Source: an uncultured Pseudomonadota bacterium (lineage in GTDB: Bacteria > Vulcanimicrobiota > Vulcanimicrobiia > Eremiobacterales > Eremiobacteraceae). Taken from it: a stretch of 64,000 nucleotides of DNA. Each line of letters opens with the position of its first letter. Positions within the stretch are counted from its first letter, which is position 1. A model generated the notes under the pieces. That model had not been told where the DNA came from. It did no database searches and saw only the letters and a program-made list of their open reading frames with translations. Shown here piece after piece: positions 1 to 9,097 of the stretch. The translations under genes were made by a program, and so were the position numbers. The stretch spans positions 320,001 to 384,000 of the forward strand of contig CAVTNB010000003.1 in the NCBI GenBank assembly GCA_963736005.1, given 5' to 3'.

Positions 1-1
1 C

Positions 2-259
2 TTCTTGGGCGTTGACTATCGAAACGACGCGAAGATGTCTGCAACCGAAATCGACTTTGGACTTGTCGTTCGGGACTCGCTTGTAGCGACGGCAAAGGAC
101 ATCGGCACCTTCTCGCCGGGTATCGAGATCAACCATGAGTTCGTCATAAGCCGCGAAGTTTTTCCGATCGGCACGGCGTTCCCATACTGCGCGGTACTGC
201 GCGTTAAATACAGCGATGGGTCAGAGTGGCGCAATCCTACCCCGCCGCCAACTGGGTAG
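2..259 (+). CDS. Hypothetical protein, C-terminal part (runs in from the window edge)
   Basis: Open frame from the edge to TAG at 257-259; protein-like C-terminus (...DIGTFSPGIEINHEF...CAVLRVKYSDGSEWRNP). Confidence 0.7.
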   Translation, partial: FLGVDYRNDAKMSATEIDFGLVVRDSLVATAKDIGTFSPGIEINHEFVISREVFPIGTAFPYCAVLRVKYSDGSEWRNPTPPPTG

Positions 260-316
260 GCAACAGCCCGCGACAACAATGAGTCTCCTATAGGGACGTT
301 CTTCGGGGGCGCAAGG

Positions 317-357
317 TGGCGTCAGAACTGCTCCGTTTTTCCGCATGCCAACACCCC
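317..357. repeat. Degenerate right terminal inverted repeat of an element related to 11657-14721 (element A')
   Basis: TGGCGTCAGAACTGCTCCGTTTTTCCGCATGCCAACACCCC aligns by eye at 31/43 columns with 14679-14721. It has GGACGTT at a similar distance upstream (294-300) and is followed by (C)CAGA. Confidence 0.6.
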
Positions 358-602
358 CAGATTCACGGTGGGGTAGTTAGACTTGCGCCGGAAATGCCGC
401 ATTATCTGCAATCAAAGCGAGAATTTGTCTGAGCTTAAGCTCGCACTGCTGAAAAACGTGAGTTGCCCCCCCTGTTCCCAAAACACCAGCATTTCCAGCG
501 CAAGTTAAGGCAGAGCGTTCCGACGTCTCCTTGAACATCTCTTGAGACCTCGTTGAGCAAAGCTTTAGGACTTTCATGGCGCTCACCTGGTATAGTTCGC
601 GG

Positions 603-1289
603 ATGAGAAAAGTACTCAGACTCGCACTTGTCAGCGCCAGTCTATGGCTAGCCGCATGCGGCGGCGGAGGTAGTTCACTGCCCGCACCGGGTGAGACCCC
701 ATCTCCTGGCCCCTCGCGTAGCCCGTTGCCTTTCTTGCCTCTCAAGGTCGGCAATACATGGACTTATGCGTGCTACCTGGGCACCCCGGTGCCGGGAGCG
801 TCAACATTCCCCAAGACCAACCAGGTGATCGGCTCAACAACCGTTGGCACCACAGTGACGTACGAGTACCAAGAGCAGCTTCCCACTTCTCCCACAACGG
901 GCAGCACTCAGATACAGCTGCTCGCTAACGATACGAATGGTAACGCCCTTCTATATGGCTATATGGCAAATCCGACTGCATCACCGATGGCAGTGACACC
1001 GACGGTTATCATTCCCCATGTTCCCGGCCCTCCGCTTACATCGTTCTATGATTATCCCGCCCAAGGAGGCGGAACAATCAGCCGCGTGTTCTGCTGCACA
1101 GGCAATACAAACCTCACGGTCTTCGGCGTTCTTCCGGTCAGCGAATATTTCGACGGCTCTCAGGTGTTGTCGTCGACAACCGACGGCTATGGCTATGAAA
1201 TTGGCAAAGGCGCCATGGAAGAAGTGCACAACTCCAATAACGCGAGTCCAAAAGTCGACTGCCTAATCACAGCCACGCCCTCGCCATAG
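603..1289 (+). CDS. Hypothetical lipoprotein
   Basis: MRKVLRLALVSASLWLAA-C lipobox, then GGGGSS and a Pro-rich linker; PLKVGNTWTY motif. Confidence 0.75.
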   Translation: MRKVLRLALVSASLWLAACGGGGSSLPAPGETPSPGPSRSPLPFLPLKVGNTWTYACYLGTPVPGASTFPKTNQVIGSTTVGTTVTYEYQEQLPTSPTTGSTQIQLLANDTNGNALLYGYMANPTASPMAVTPTVIIPHVPGPPLTSFYDYPAQGGGTISRVFCCTGNTNLTVFGVLPVSEYFDGSQVLSSTTDGYGYEIGKGAMEEVHNSNNASPKVDCLITATPSP

Positions 1290-1404
1290 ATGTAGCGTCA
1301 GCACGCGTTTACGACGTCCTGGCCGCTTGTTCGTCAAGACTTCATGGCGCCAAGAAGGGCCAATCTGCGAGCGACACAGCCGATGTCGCGGCCCATGATA
1401 AGTT

Positions 1405-1432
1405 TCGGGCCATCGGTTAACCGATGGCCCGA
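1405..1432. terminator. Perfect 28-bp palindrome, probable terminator between convergent genes
   Basis: TCGGGCCATCGGTT|AACCGATGGCCCGA lies 20 bp past the TonB receptor stop codon. Confidence 0.6.
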
Positions 1433-1452
1433 GGTTTGTGACCCGATCGTTC

Positions 1453-4400
1453 TTACATCTTGAACTGGAGTTGGAAAGTCATTTGGAACGGGTTGAATCC
1501 ACCTGCGTATGGTTGGTTGAGGTAAGGATAATTGTATTGTGGGATTGCCGGCGCAACGTTCCCCACAGGATCGTTTGGCCCCGTACCGTTCCAGAAGTTC
1601 GATACGGCAAGGCCGTTTGCACTATAGAAGCAGGTTTGATTGCCAGGTGGAAACGCTTTGGTCCATGGTGTCGAGGAACCGCCGAAGCATGTGTTGAGGA
1701 TGTTCGCAAAGATTATACGCCCGGTAACCGTGGGGCTGATCTCTGCACTCACTTGAGCCGCAAGATTGAGTAACCACGGCTGTCTGTACTGACCAACTGA
1801 ATCGAATGTGCCAGTTGTTGGATTGGGAATCGCAAGCAAGCCGCCATTAACAAGCGACGCGCCGCAGGTGACGAAGTTTGCCTTACCAGGGTTACCGTCG
1901 GGTACTCCCGCTGCGCCCTGGTTTTGGCCACACGTCCTTGGATCGTAACCAATGATGTCAGTCGGGTCACCGTAATTATCTCCCGACAGCAGCGAGAATA
2001 TCGGACTAATCGAGAATCTCTGATGCTTGAAGGCGAGGTATCCGTGGAATAGATATGGCCACACATTTGAGTTTGCGCCGTTTAGCGCCCCACTCGGAAA
2101 CGTTTGATACGGCAAGTACGATCCATTCCGATCCAGATCTGGTTGCCTCGGATCAAAATAGTAGGGGTTGATAATCGTGCTGCCCGTCGCCGAGGGACTC
2201 AATGTTATGTTAGAACCGGAGACGATGCATTCGGACGGCGCGGCCACGCCGCCATCGTAGCACGGCGCGCCTTTGAGACCTTGAACGTTTCCAGCCGACG
2301 TGAGTGCGTTGAAGCCGTCGATGAAGCCGTTCAAAACGTCGATTCCATTGGTTCCATTGGGTGTGTCGAGCAGCTTCACTGTTGCGTGGGTGTACGTAAA
2401 CGAGAACTGGCCCGATAGACCATCGGCACCTGGGTTGCCACCACTAATCGAGAATTCGACACCCTGCGCTTGTTCGTTACCGTACGGGAAGCCGCTAGCA
2501 AAGTTGGGTCCCAGCGTTACTGTTCCATACTCGTCGTGCGACGACCGGAAGAACGGCGACAAACGAAAGGCCCAAGTCGAATGGGGAATTCGCTGCTCCA
2601 GCGAAAGATCGTAATTATTAGCTGTCACCGGCGGCAAATCGTGCCGAGGCGTGGTGAACCCCAAACCCCAGAAGTTCACAAAATTGAATGCTGCCGCATT
2701 CTTGCCGGCTCCCGGCGCATACAAGTATTCTGTGAACGCCGTCTCAACCGGTTGGGCATAACGGCCGTAATTGAACCGAATGACCGTGTCATCGCTCAAC
2801 GAGTAGGTGCCACCAAAGCGGGGTAGCCATTCACTATGATCGATGGGGCCGCTGATCGAGTTGGTAAACAACAAGTGTCCGTCGAGGCCATCGGGATGAA
2901 CCGTCGGCTTCCCGGTGATCGGGCTGTTCGGGCAGGTCAAATCGATGTACGGCGCAGCCGGTGGCGCCTGCAGTGGGCCAAGCGGCAGGCGCACGGGCTG
3001 TCCTGTCGCTGGGTCGTAGCAATACTCCTGGGCGGCTGCGTGGAACCAGAAATTGTTGTCAGCCGTATCAGAATTTGCCAAGTCATATTTGTAGTTCTCG
3101 AATCGTATCCCACCGTTTAACAAAAGCTTATCACTGACTTTAAATTCGTCCTGGAGACCGCCCGTGGTAAACGTAGGAGCGACCGTGTTATACGTGCCGG
3201 TCGGGCCCAAGAATGAGACGTGCCATGCAGCTCCTGCAGCCCCCGCGGCACCGACGATCGGGACTCCTCCCTGGGTTGGACTCGTGAACGTTCCTGTAGC
3301 CAGCGGATTGCTGCACCAGGTTCGCTCTCCGGCGGTAATTGGTGCCCCAGTATTCGGGTCGGTTCCCGCGACTGCTGCGTAACAATTGCCGCTGGCGTCG
3401 GATAACACGGTAGCCGACGAACCAGGTCCATTGAGCATTTCACTGTTGTTGAACCGTAGCGTGTGTGCCGTGGTGAGATTGGTCGTGAAGTTCAACAGAT
3501 TCCGGTCGCTTATCTGATCTTGGAACTGCAGTTCGCCGCCGTACGTGTGTGAAGACAACTCGTAATCGGGAGCGGCAAGCGTCGGAGCCAGCTGTGCGAG
3601 TCCAATTTCATAAGTGTACACGGTGTCAATTGGAGCGTTTTCCAGCCAATTCGAATACAGCGAATATGCAAAGAACCGAAGGTACGCATTCGAACCCATC
3701 GCGTGCGTATATTGGAACTTGCCGATCTCGTCGCTTACCGATATACCGTCACGCGCGTCGACGCCAATCGTCGAATTGAGCGCCCGGTTGGTTGGGGAGC
3801 TTGGGAACATGTACCGGATGTACGGAAGATTTGACCCATTATTTCCGGCACCGGTCGTCGTCACGGTCTGTCCGAAGCTCGTACCATTCGGCCACGCATA
3901 CCCATCAGCGTAACATGGTGCCGGAGTGGCACAAATGCCTAAGAGCGTAATCAGATTCAGAAACCCGGTTCCTCCTGTGAGGGTCGCGACATTTGCGAGG
4001 CCACCGTCATCATTAATGCTGCTGTAGTATTTTTGCGGTAGAAACGAGCCGCTGTACAGGGTTTGAATGTCGTCACGACTGCCATCGTGCGGGTGCGGAA
4101 TGCCAAAGTGGAGATTTACAACGGCCTCGTGGTCGGAGTAACCCGCGCCGCCATATGTTTCTCCGGTCCCGACATTGTCATTGATGACTTGCGGTAACCC
4201 CTTTATGAAACATCCCGCATTCGTGTTTGGATTCGGTATCGGCCACGTCAAGACTCCGCCAGGTCCAACGCTGCAATATGGAAGCGTTCCTTCGCCATAG
4301 AACGTAAAAAGTGCCGCATTGTACGACGAGGGGTTTAAGAAGGGCGAAGTTACGGATTGCCCACCATTAAACTGATCAAGGTAACGGATGCTTTCTGTGA

Positions 4401-5277
4401 AATTCGAGACGCCGGCATAGTATGTGAACTTACGGTCCGGAGTGGCACCGCCGATGTCGAGTTTTGCGCCATTCCAAAGCGACGGGGAACCAACGGAGAG
4501 ATCTAAGTTCGCAAAACCCGGATAGGTTCCAGTCTTGATCACTTGGTTTATGAAACCGGAGACCGTTGACGTGGACGAACTCGCCGGGGCACCCCCCGTA
4601 TACACTTCTATTTGCTCGTTGCCCAACGTTGACAACGTGTCGCCGTTGTACTGGTCAAATGCACGATTTACGGGCACGCCGTCATATTCATATCCAACCT
4701 CAGTGTAGTTGCCCCCGTGGATGAACACGGTTTGACCCCAGCCAGCGTTGCTCGAGAAGTGATAGATGCCAGGGACGTTATCGAGCGCCGAGTATGCATT
4801 TTCCAGGTTATTACCACCGCCGGACGCTTGGACCGCTTGAATCTGCGTCGCGTTCATCGTGTAGACGTTCGAAGTTTGGCTCCTGCTGACAAGCGATGTC
4901 GACGCGCCCAAGACAGTTACTTTTCCCAGGGTCGCAACGGTTCTGCGAGTTACAAGGTTGACCGTTTGCACCTGGTCGGCAACGACGGTGACGCCCAATT
5001 GAACGACGGAATCGTATCCTTCTTTGCTGGCGGTCACCGTGTACGTGTCGGCTGCGAGAGACAGCATCGCATAGTGTCCATGCGAGTCAGTAAGCGCCGT
5101 AGAGCTTTGTGATGGTGAAGTGGCCGCAACACGGGCACTTGTAATTGGCGTTCCATCGGTGAGAGAAACATTACCATTGATTGCCCCAGTTGTACCCGCC
5201 AGTGTCCTTGTTGCCTGGAAAGTAAACAACACTAGGGCTACCAATATACCTACACGGTATAAGCTCCTTACTAGCAT
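1453..5277 (-). CDS. TonB-dependent receptor-like outer-membrane protein with N-terminal carboxypeptidase-regulatory-like domain
   Basis: Signal peptide; GAINGNV...TDSHGHY...DTYTVTASKEGY domain; plug-like region (IHGG...GYEYDGVPVN, GFINQVIKTG); beta-barrel motifs (LPRFGGTYSL); alternating C-terminal strand. Start placed at ATG 5277 after an AAAGGGG RBS. Confidence 0.85.
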   Translation of the reverse strand: MLVRSLYRVGILVALVLFTFQATRTLAGTTGAINGNVSLTDGTPITSARVAATSPSQSSTALTDSHGHYAMLSLAADTYTVTASKEGYDSVVQLGVTVVADQVQTVNLVTRRTVATLGKVTVLGASTSLVSRSQTSNVYTMNATQIQAVQASGGGNNLENAYSALDNVPGIYHFSSNAGWGQTVFIHGGNYTEVGYEYDGVPVNRAFDQYNGDTLSTLGNEQIEVYTGGAPASSSTSTVSGFINQVIKTGTYPGFANLDLSVGSPSLWNGAKLDIGGATPDRKFTYYAGVSNFTESIRYLDQFNGGQSVTSPFLNPSSYNAALFTFYGEGTLPYCSVGPGGVLTWPIPNPNTNAGCFIKGLPQVINDNVGTGETYGGAGYSDHEAVVNLHFGIPHPHDGSRDDIQTLYSGSFLPQKYYSSINDDGGLANVATLTGGTGFLNLITLLGICATPAPCYADGYAWPNGTSFGQTVTTTGAGNNGSNLPYIRYMFPSSPTNRALNSTIGVDARDGISVSDEIGKFQYTHAMGSNAYLRFFAYSLYSNWLENAPIDTVYTYEIGLAQLAPTLAAPDYELSSHTYGGELQFQDQISDRNLLNFTTNLTTAHTLRFNNSEMLNGPGSSATVLSDASGNCYAAVAGTDPNTGAPITAGERTWCSNPLATGTFTSPTQGGVPIVGAAGAAGAAWHVSFLGPTGTYNTVAPTFTTGGLQDEFKVSDKLLLNGGIRFENYKYDLANSDTADNNFWFHAAAQEYCYDPATGQPVRLPLGPLQAPPAAPYIDLTCPNSPITGKPTVHPDGLDGHLLFTNSISGPIDHSEWLPRFGGTYSLSDDTVIRFNYGRYAQPVETAFTEYLYAPGAGKNAAAFNFVNFWGLGFTTPRHDLPPVTANNYDLSLEQRIPHSTWAFRLSPFFRSSHDEYGTVTLGPNFASGFPYGNEQAQGVEFSISGGNPGADGLSGQFSFTYTHATVKLLDTPNGTNGIDVLNGFIDGFNALTSAGNVQGLKGAPCYDGGVAAPSECIVSGSNITLSPSATGSTIINPYYFDPRQPDLDRNGSYLPYQTFPSGALNGANSNVWPYLFHGYLAFKHQRFSISPIFSLLSGDNYGDPTDIIGYDPRTCGQNQGAAGVPDGNPGKANFVTCGASLVNGGLLAIPNPTTGTFDSVGQYRQPWLLNLAAQVSAEISPTVTGRIIFANILNTCFGGSSTPWTKAFPPGNQTCFYSANGLAVSNFWNGTGPNDPVGNVAPAIPQYNYPYLNQPYAGGFNPFQMTFQLQFKM

Positions 5278-5841
5278 GAGGGACCCCTTTCTGCACTGTG
5301 CATGAGAGAGGGTACACGTCACGTCGCGGGCGCGTGCCCGCAGCGTAGACGCGGACATCGGCCTTCCCCCACGAAAGGTCAATTTCAGCGCGTTAATTAT
5401 GCGGTAAGCTCCCTTTAATCCTTTACTGAAAAAAGTAAAAAGGGCTTGGATTTATGCCAGGGTTTCGACCACAATTTCAGCGTTTATGTAGATGCCGATC
5501 GATGGTGTGAATTTTTCCGCTGGTCTTTCAACCGACGAACGACGCATCTATGATGCGAACGGGTACCCCTGCCACACCGAAGGCCTACACATTCTTGAAC
5601 GGTAACTTGCAATCAGTTTACCAACCATAGGTATCTAACGACCCACTCGCCGTGCCCAACTGTAACGCAGGGGATGTTATCGGCGACTCTATTCCCGGAG
5701 GCAGCAGCATAACAGAGGAACACCAGCGTACTTGGTCTAGCATAAGTGCAGGGCTCTATATATGACACTCTATGTCGAGTATAGCGAGGTAGGATTGACG
5801 TTGTCGGAAAGACGTCACCTCATGGCGACTAATCGAGGTAT

Positions 5842-6333
5842 ATGACGAATAATAGCACCTCCGAGCGTGATGGCCGCAAGGACTTTGATTTTCTCATCGG
5901 GACCTGGCGCACCCATTACAAACGCCTTTCCCAACCGCTTAGCCAAAGTCACGATTGGTACGAATGCGACGGCACCTCGGTCGTTCGCTCCTTATGGGAT
6001 GGTAGCGCAAATATCGAGGAGGGCGACCTTCGATGTCCAAAGGAGTACATTCGCAGCCTGACGCTTCGCGTATACAGCGCCACATCACACCAATGGTCGC
6101 TTTACTGGGGAACAGAAAAACGAGGCTTGGCACCAGGTGCGCAGGTGGGACATTTCGATGATAACGGTTTGGGCGAATTCTTCGCAGACGAGACGTTCGC
6201 AGGCAAGGTAATCGTCGTGCGTTATCAGTGGAAGGTACCGAGTGGCGATCGCCCCCACTTTGAACAAGCATTTTCCGAGGACAAAGGCAAAACGTGGGAA
6301 ACGAATTGGATTTGCGACTACACGCGCACATGA
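5842..6333 (+). CDS. DUF1579-like hypothetical protein
   Basis: DFDFLIGTWR...RL and FEQAFSEDKGKTWETNW motifs; GAGG RBS. Confidence 0.75.
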   Translation: MTNNSTSERDGRKDFDFLIGTWRTHYKRLSQPLSQSHDWYECDGTSVVRSLWDGSANIEEGDLRCPKEYIRSLTLRVYSATSHQWSLYWGTEKRGLAPGAQVGHFDDNGLGEFFADETFAGKVIVVRYQWKVPSGDRPHFEQAFSEDKGKTWETNWICDYTRT

Positions 6334-6548
6334 CTGGAGGCCACAACCGGACGTTTGGGTTGGATCCATTTGATTCAACCCGTGTCTGATCGAATATTTA
6401 ACAATAATGCCTTCCGCTAACGACTTCAAACAGATCTAGGCCATCCATGCATACAGTGCGGGTTGGTGCGTGGGAAAAAGCGGTGAGGCCTTCCTCAGTA
6501 AGGCCGCTGTAGCTGACGAACAATCCCCGGGTCCACTGCGCTCTGCGT

Positions 6549-7067
6549 TCAGTTTTCAGGAGAATTCGTAGGCGCTAGAATAGGGCGTTGTCGGCGGGTC
6601 CTGTCGACGCCCGAGGCGGAAAGGATCGCATTAACGTCGTTTATCAAAGCGAGGGTGAGCACACTATTGGGCGCAGGCGCGCAAGCGAGATCGGGCGATC
6701 TCCAGCCGAGCCATTGGATGTACGCCGTCGTTGCATTCCCGGCGTACGTCCCGCAAAACTCTTTCGCCGCCGCATTCCCGTCGCGCGCCGCTTTGAGATC
6801 AGCGAAGAACCGGTGAGCGAGCGAGGCCGAAATCGTAAAGGTTTTTACGGGGCCATGCGTCGCTCTCCCGCGATCTTGCAGCGTGAGATCGGCGTTGCCG
6901 TCGGCCCACACGTCCATTTTGTATCCCGACCAATCCGTCGAACCCGAATCGACGACCGTCGCACCGTCGCGCGCCGGCGTGTTCGCCGCGCAAACGGCAA
7001 GCGGTAACACCATCAACGATAAAGCAAATGCCACGCGAGCGATTCGCAAGCTAAAAGACTTGTTCAT
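6549..7067 (-). CDS. Hypothetical secreted protein
   Basis: AGGAGGG RBS, signal peptide, Cys pair (FCG...SPDLAC). Confidence 0.75.
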   Translation of the reverse strand: MNKSFSLRIARVAFALSLMVLPLAVCAANTPARDGATVVDSGSTDWSGYKMDVWADGNADLTLQDRGRATHGPVKTFTISASLAHRFFADLKAARDGNAAAKEFCGTYAGNATTAYIQWLGWRSPDLACAPAPNSVLTLALINDVNAILSASGVDRTRRQRPILAPTNSPEN

Positions 7068-7230
7068 TTCCCCTCCTAAAAATAGCCCAGCACTCAGTCA
7101 GCGAAGTCGTTGAAGCGTTCGTCAATGAAGTGCCAGTCTAGCGTGCCGAAGCCGCTTGTTTACCCGATCCGCAGAAGCGACAAATCGTAGTTTTTTATCG
7201 CGGCTTCGACGACACGATTCTGGTTGTCAA

Positions 7231-8274
7231 TTACGGAACGAATCTTCCGATCTTGTTGCTCGAGCCCTCGGTGATCCAGAGATTGCCGTCGTGCCCGACC
7301 GATATACCGGTTGGATTGCTGCCGAAGGCGGCGGCTGGGTACTCAGTGATGGTCCCGGCAAGCGTGCTTTTTCCTATGCTGCCGTCTCCCTCGACGAACC
7401 AGATATTGCCATCAGGCCCGGCGGTGATTCCGAGCGGGTTACTGCCGACGGTGGGGCCTGGGAACTCAGTGATGACCCCGGCCGTCGTGATCTTTGCGAC
7501 CTTGGAGGTCGCGACCTCAGTGAACCAGAGGTTGCCGTCGGGTCCGGCGGCGATGCGCCCAGGCGCTGAACCGGCGGAGGGGATAGAGAACTCGGTGACG
7601 CTGCCCGCGGTCGTGATCCTTCCGATCTTATTGGCTATTGCCTCGATGAACCAGAGATTGCCGTCGGGCCCGGCCGTGATATCCACGAGACCTGGGTTGG
7701 TGGTGGGGAGCGCGAACTCGGTGACGGCGCCAGCGGTCGTCATCCTTCCGATCTTACCGCCGAGGTTTTCGGCGAACCAGAGATTGCCGTCAGGCCCGGC
7801 GGTAATCGCGATTGGAAGGGTTGTGGAAACGGGGAACTCTGTGATGGCGCCGGCGGTCGTGATCCTCCCGATGTCATCGCCGGCGGTGGCAATCTTGACG
7901 AACCAGAGATTACCGTCGGGCCCAGCGGTGATACCGAAAGGGATGTCGCCGCCGGTGGCGGGGATAGGGAACTCAGTGATGGTCCCGCCGGGTGTGATCC
8001 TTCCGATTTTGTTCGCCCCGTGTTCGGTGAACCAGAGATTGCCGTCGGACCCAGCTGCTATACCATAAGGAAAGCTGTTGGCCGTCGGTATCGCATACTC
8101 TGCGACCAAGCACGAGCGGCACGGCGTCGGCGTCGGTGTTGAATGGGGTGGTGGACCCTGAAACGCGCTTGCGCCCCCGCCACCACCGCATCCGGCGACA
8201 GCAAGCGCCCCGAATAAGATTCCGACAAGAGGGATGGAAAGGGCCTCGTGCAGTCCTGCCGATGGTCTCCGCAT
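7231..8274 (-). CDS. Vgb (virginiamycin B lyase)-like beta-propeller lipoprotein
   Basis: About seven repeats of P.GITAGPDGNLWFTE....KIGRITT.G.ITEF; VAG-C lipobox; GAGGAG RBS. Confidence 0.85.
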   Translation of the reverse strand: MRRPSAGLHEALSIPLVGILFGALAVAGCGGGGGASAFQGPPPHSTPTPTPCRSCLVAEYAIPTANSFPYGIAAGSDGNLWFTEHGANKIGRITPGGTITEFPIPATGGDIPFGITAGPDGNLWFVKIATAGDDIGRITTAGAITEFPVSTTLPIAITAGPDGNLWFAENLGGKIGRMTTAGAVTEFALPTTNPGLVDITAGPDGNLWFIEAIANKIGRITTAGSVTEFSIPSAGSAPGRIAAGPDGNLWFTEVATSKVAKITTAGVITEFPGPTVGSNPLGITAGPDGNIWFVEGDGSIGKSTLAGTITEYPAAAFGSNPTGISVGHDGNLWITEGSSNKIGRFVP

Positions 8275-8340
8275 ATCAAATCTCCTCGTCAATGGTGGGG
8301 TTCCTGTGCAAATTTTAGTACACGCGGCTCGTCGGCACAT

Positions 8341-8364
8341 CCGTAAACTTACGTAATATTACGG
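8341..8364. promoter_or_regulatory. Dyad-symmetric candidate operator between divergent genes
   Basis: CCGTAAACTTACGTAATATTACGG is 20/24 self-complementary (two overlapping CGTAA-NN-TTACG boxes); a TATAAT lies at about 8389. Confidence 0.45.
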
Positions 8365-8431
8365 ACGCTCTTGGCCGGTCATTTGCCCTATAATCGTCAC
8401 GGCGGTCAAAGCCTAGAATCGTGAGCACCAT

Positions 8432-8926
8432 GTGATCGACGACCCATTAACCGCTGACGAGCGGGTGCAACAGTTTTGGGATGCGTACGCAGCTTCCGCT
8501 CGAGTAGGCGTTGAAACGTTCACGGTGGTGAGGTTCGGCGATAGCTCTGATCTCGCCGATGAACTGGCCACACAGGTCGTTGCCGGTGAGAAGCGCGCAA
8601 CGACCAATCTTCTGCGAGATTACACCGAGCTCGGCAAGCCCATGCCCAAGCCTGGGTGCTTTGGCGTGGTGATAGACGGCAAGAACTCGCCGCGTTGCAT
8701 CGTTCACATACTACAAGTCGACATCAAGCCTCTTGGCGACGTCGATGAGAGCTTTGCCCGGGATGAAGGGGGCGGCGACCGCAGCCTTGAGTGGTGGCAA
8801 TCCGCCCACGCACGCTATTTCAAAAGGCAGGGTGCCCGCGAGGGGTTCGCGGTTGACGACGGCACCGAGGTTATTCTTGCACGATTTGAGGTTGTGTGGC
8901 CCCTTGAGCTTTCAGACCGACCCTAG
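8432..8926 (+). CDS. ASCH domain protein
   Basis: FGDS..LADELA..V..GEKRATT, FARDEGGGDRSLEWW..AH..YF motifs. Confidence 0.9.
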   Translation: MIDDPLTADERVQQFWDAYAASARVGVETFTVVRFGDSSDLADELATQVVAGEKRATTNLLRDYTELGKPMPKPGCFGVVIDGKNSPRCIVHILQVDIKPLGDVDESFARDEGGGDRSLEWWQSAHARYFKRQGAREGFAVDDGTEVILARFEVVWPLELSDRP

Positions 8927-9097
8927 TCCTGTAATCAGCCACCCCGAAAGGCCCACGAATCTTCACTGTGCGGGCTCGCTTTATAAAATCGCCGCGCAAA
9001 TCGTTAACGGGCGTTGTCGTGGCGATCGTGGAATATGCATGCCCGGCGTCCCAAGGTGGTCGCTTGAGTTTGGGTTTTGGTGTAACACAAACCGGAC

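Noticed and set aside
7231..8274. Streptogramin resistance gene, or a DNA-level repeat array
   Set aside because: The repeats are protein propeller blades in a lipoprotein; fold similarity alone does not support resistance.
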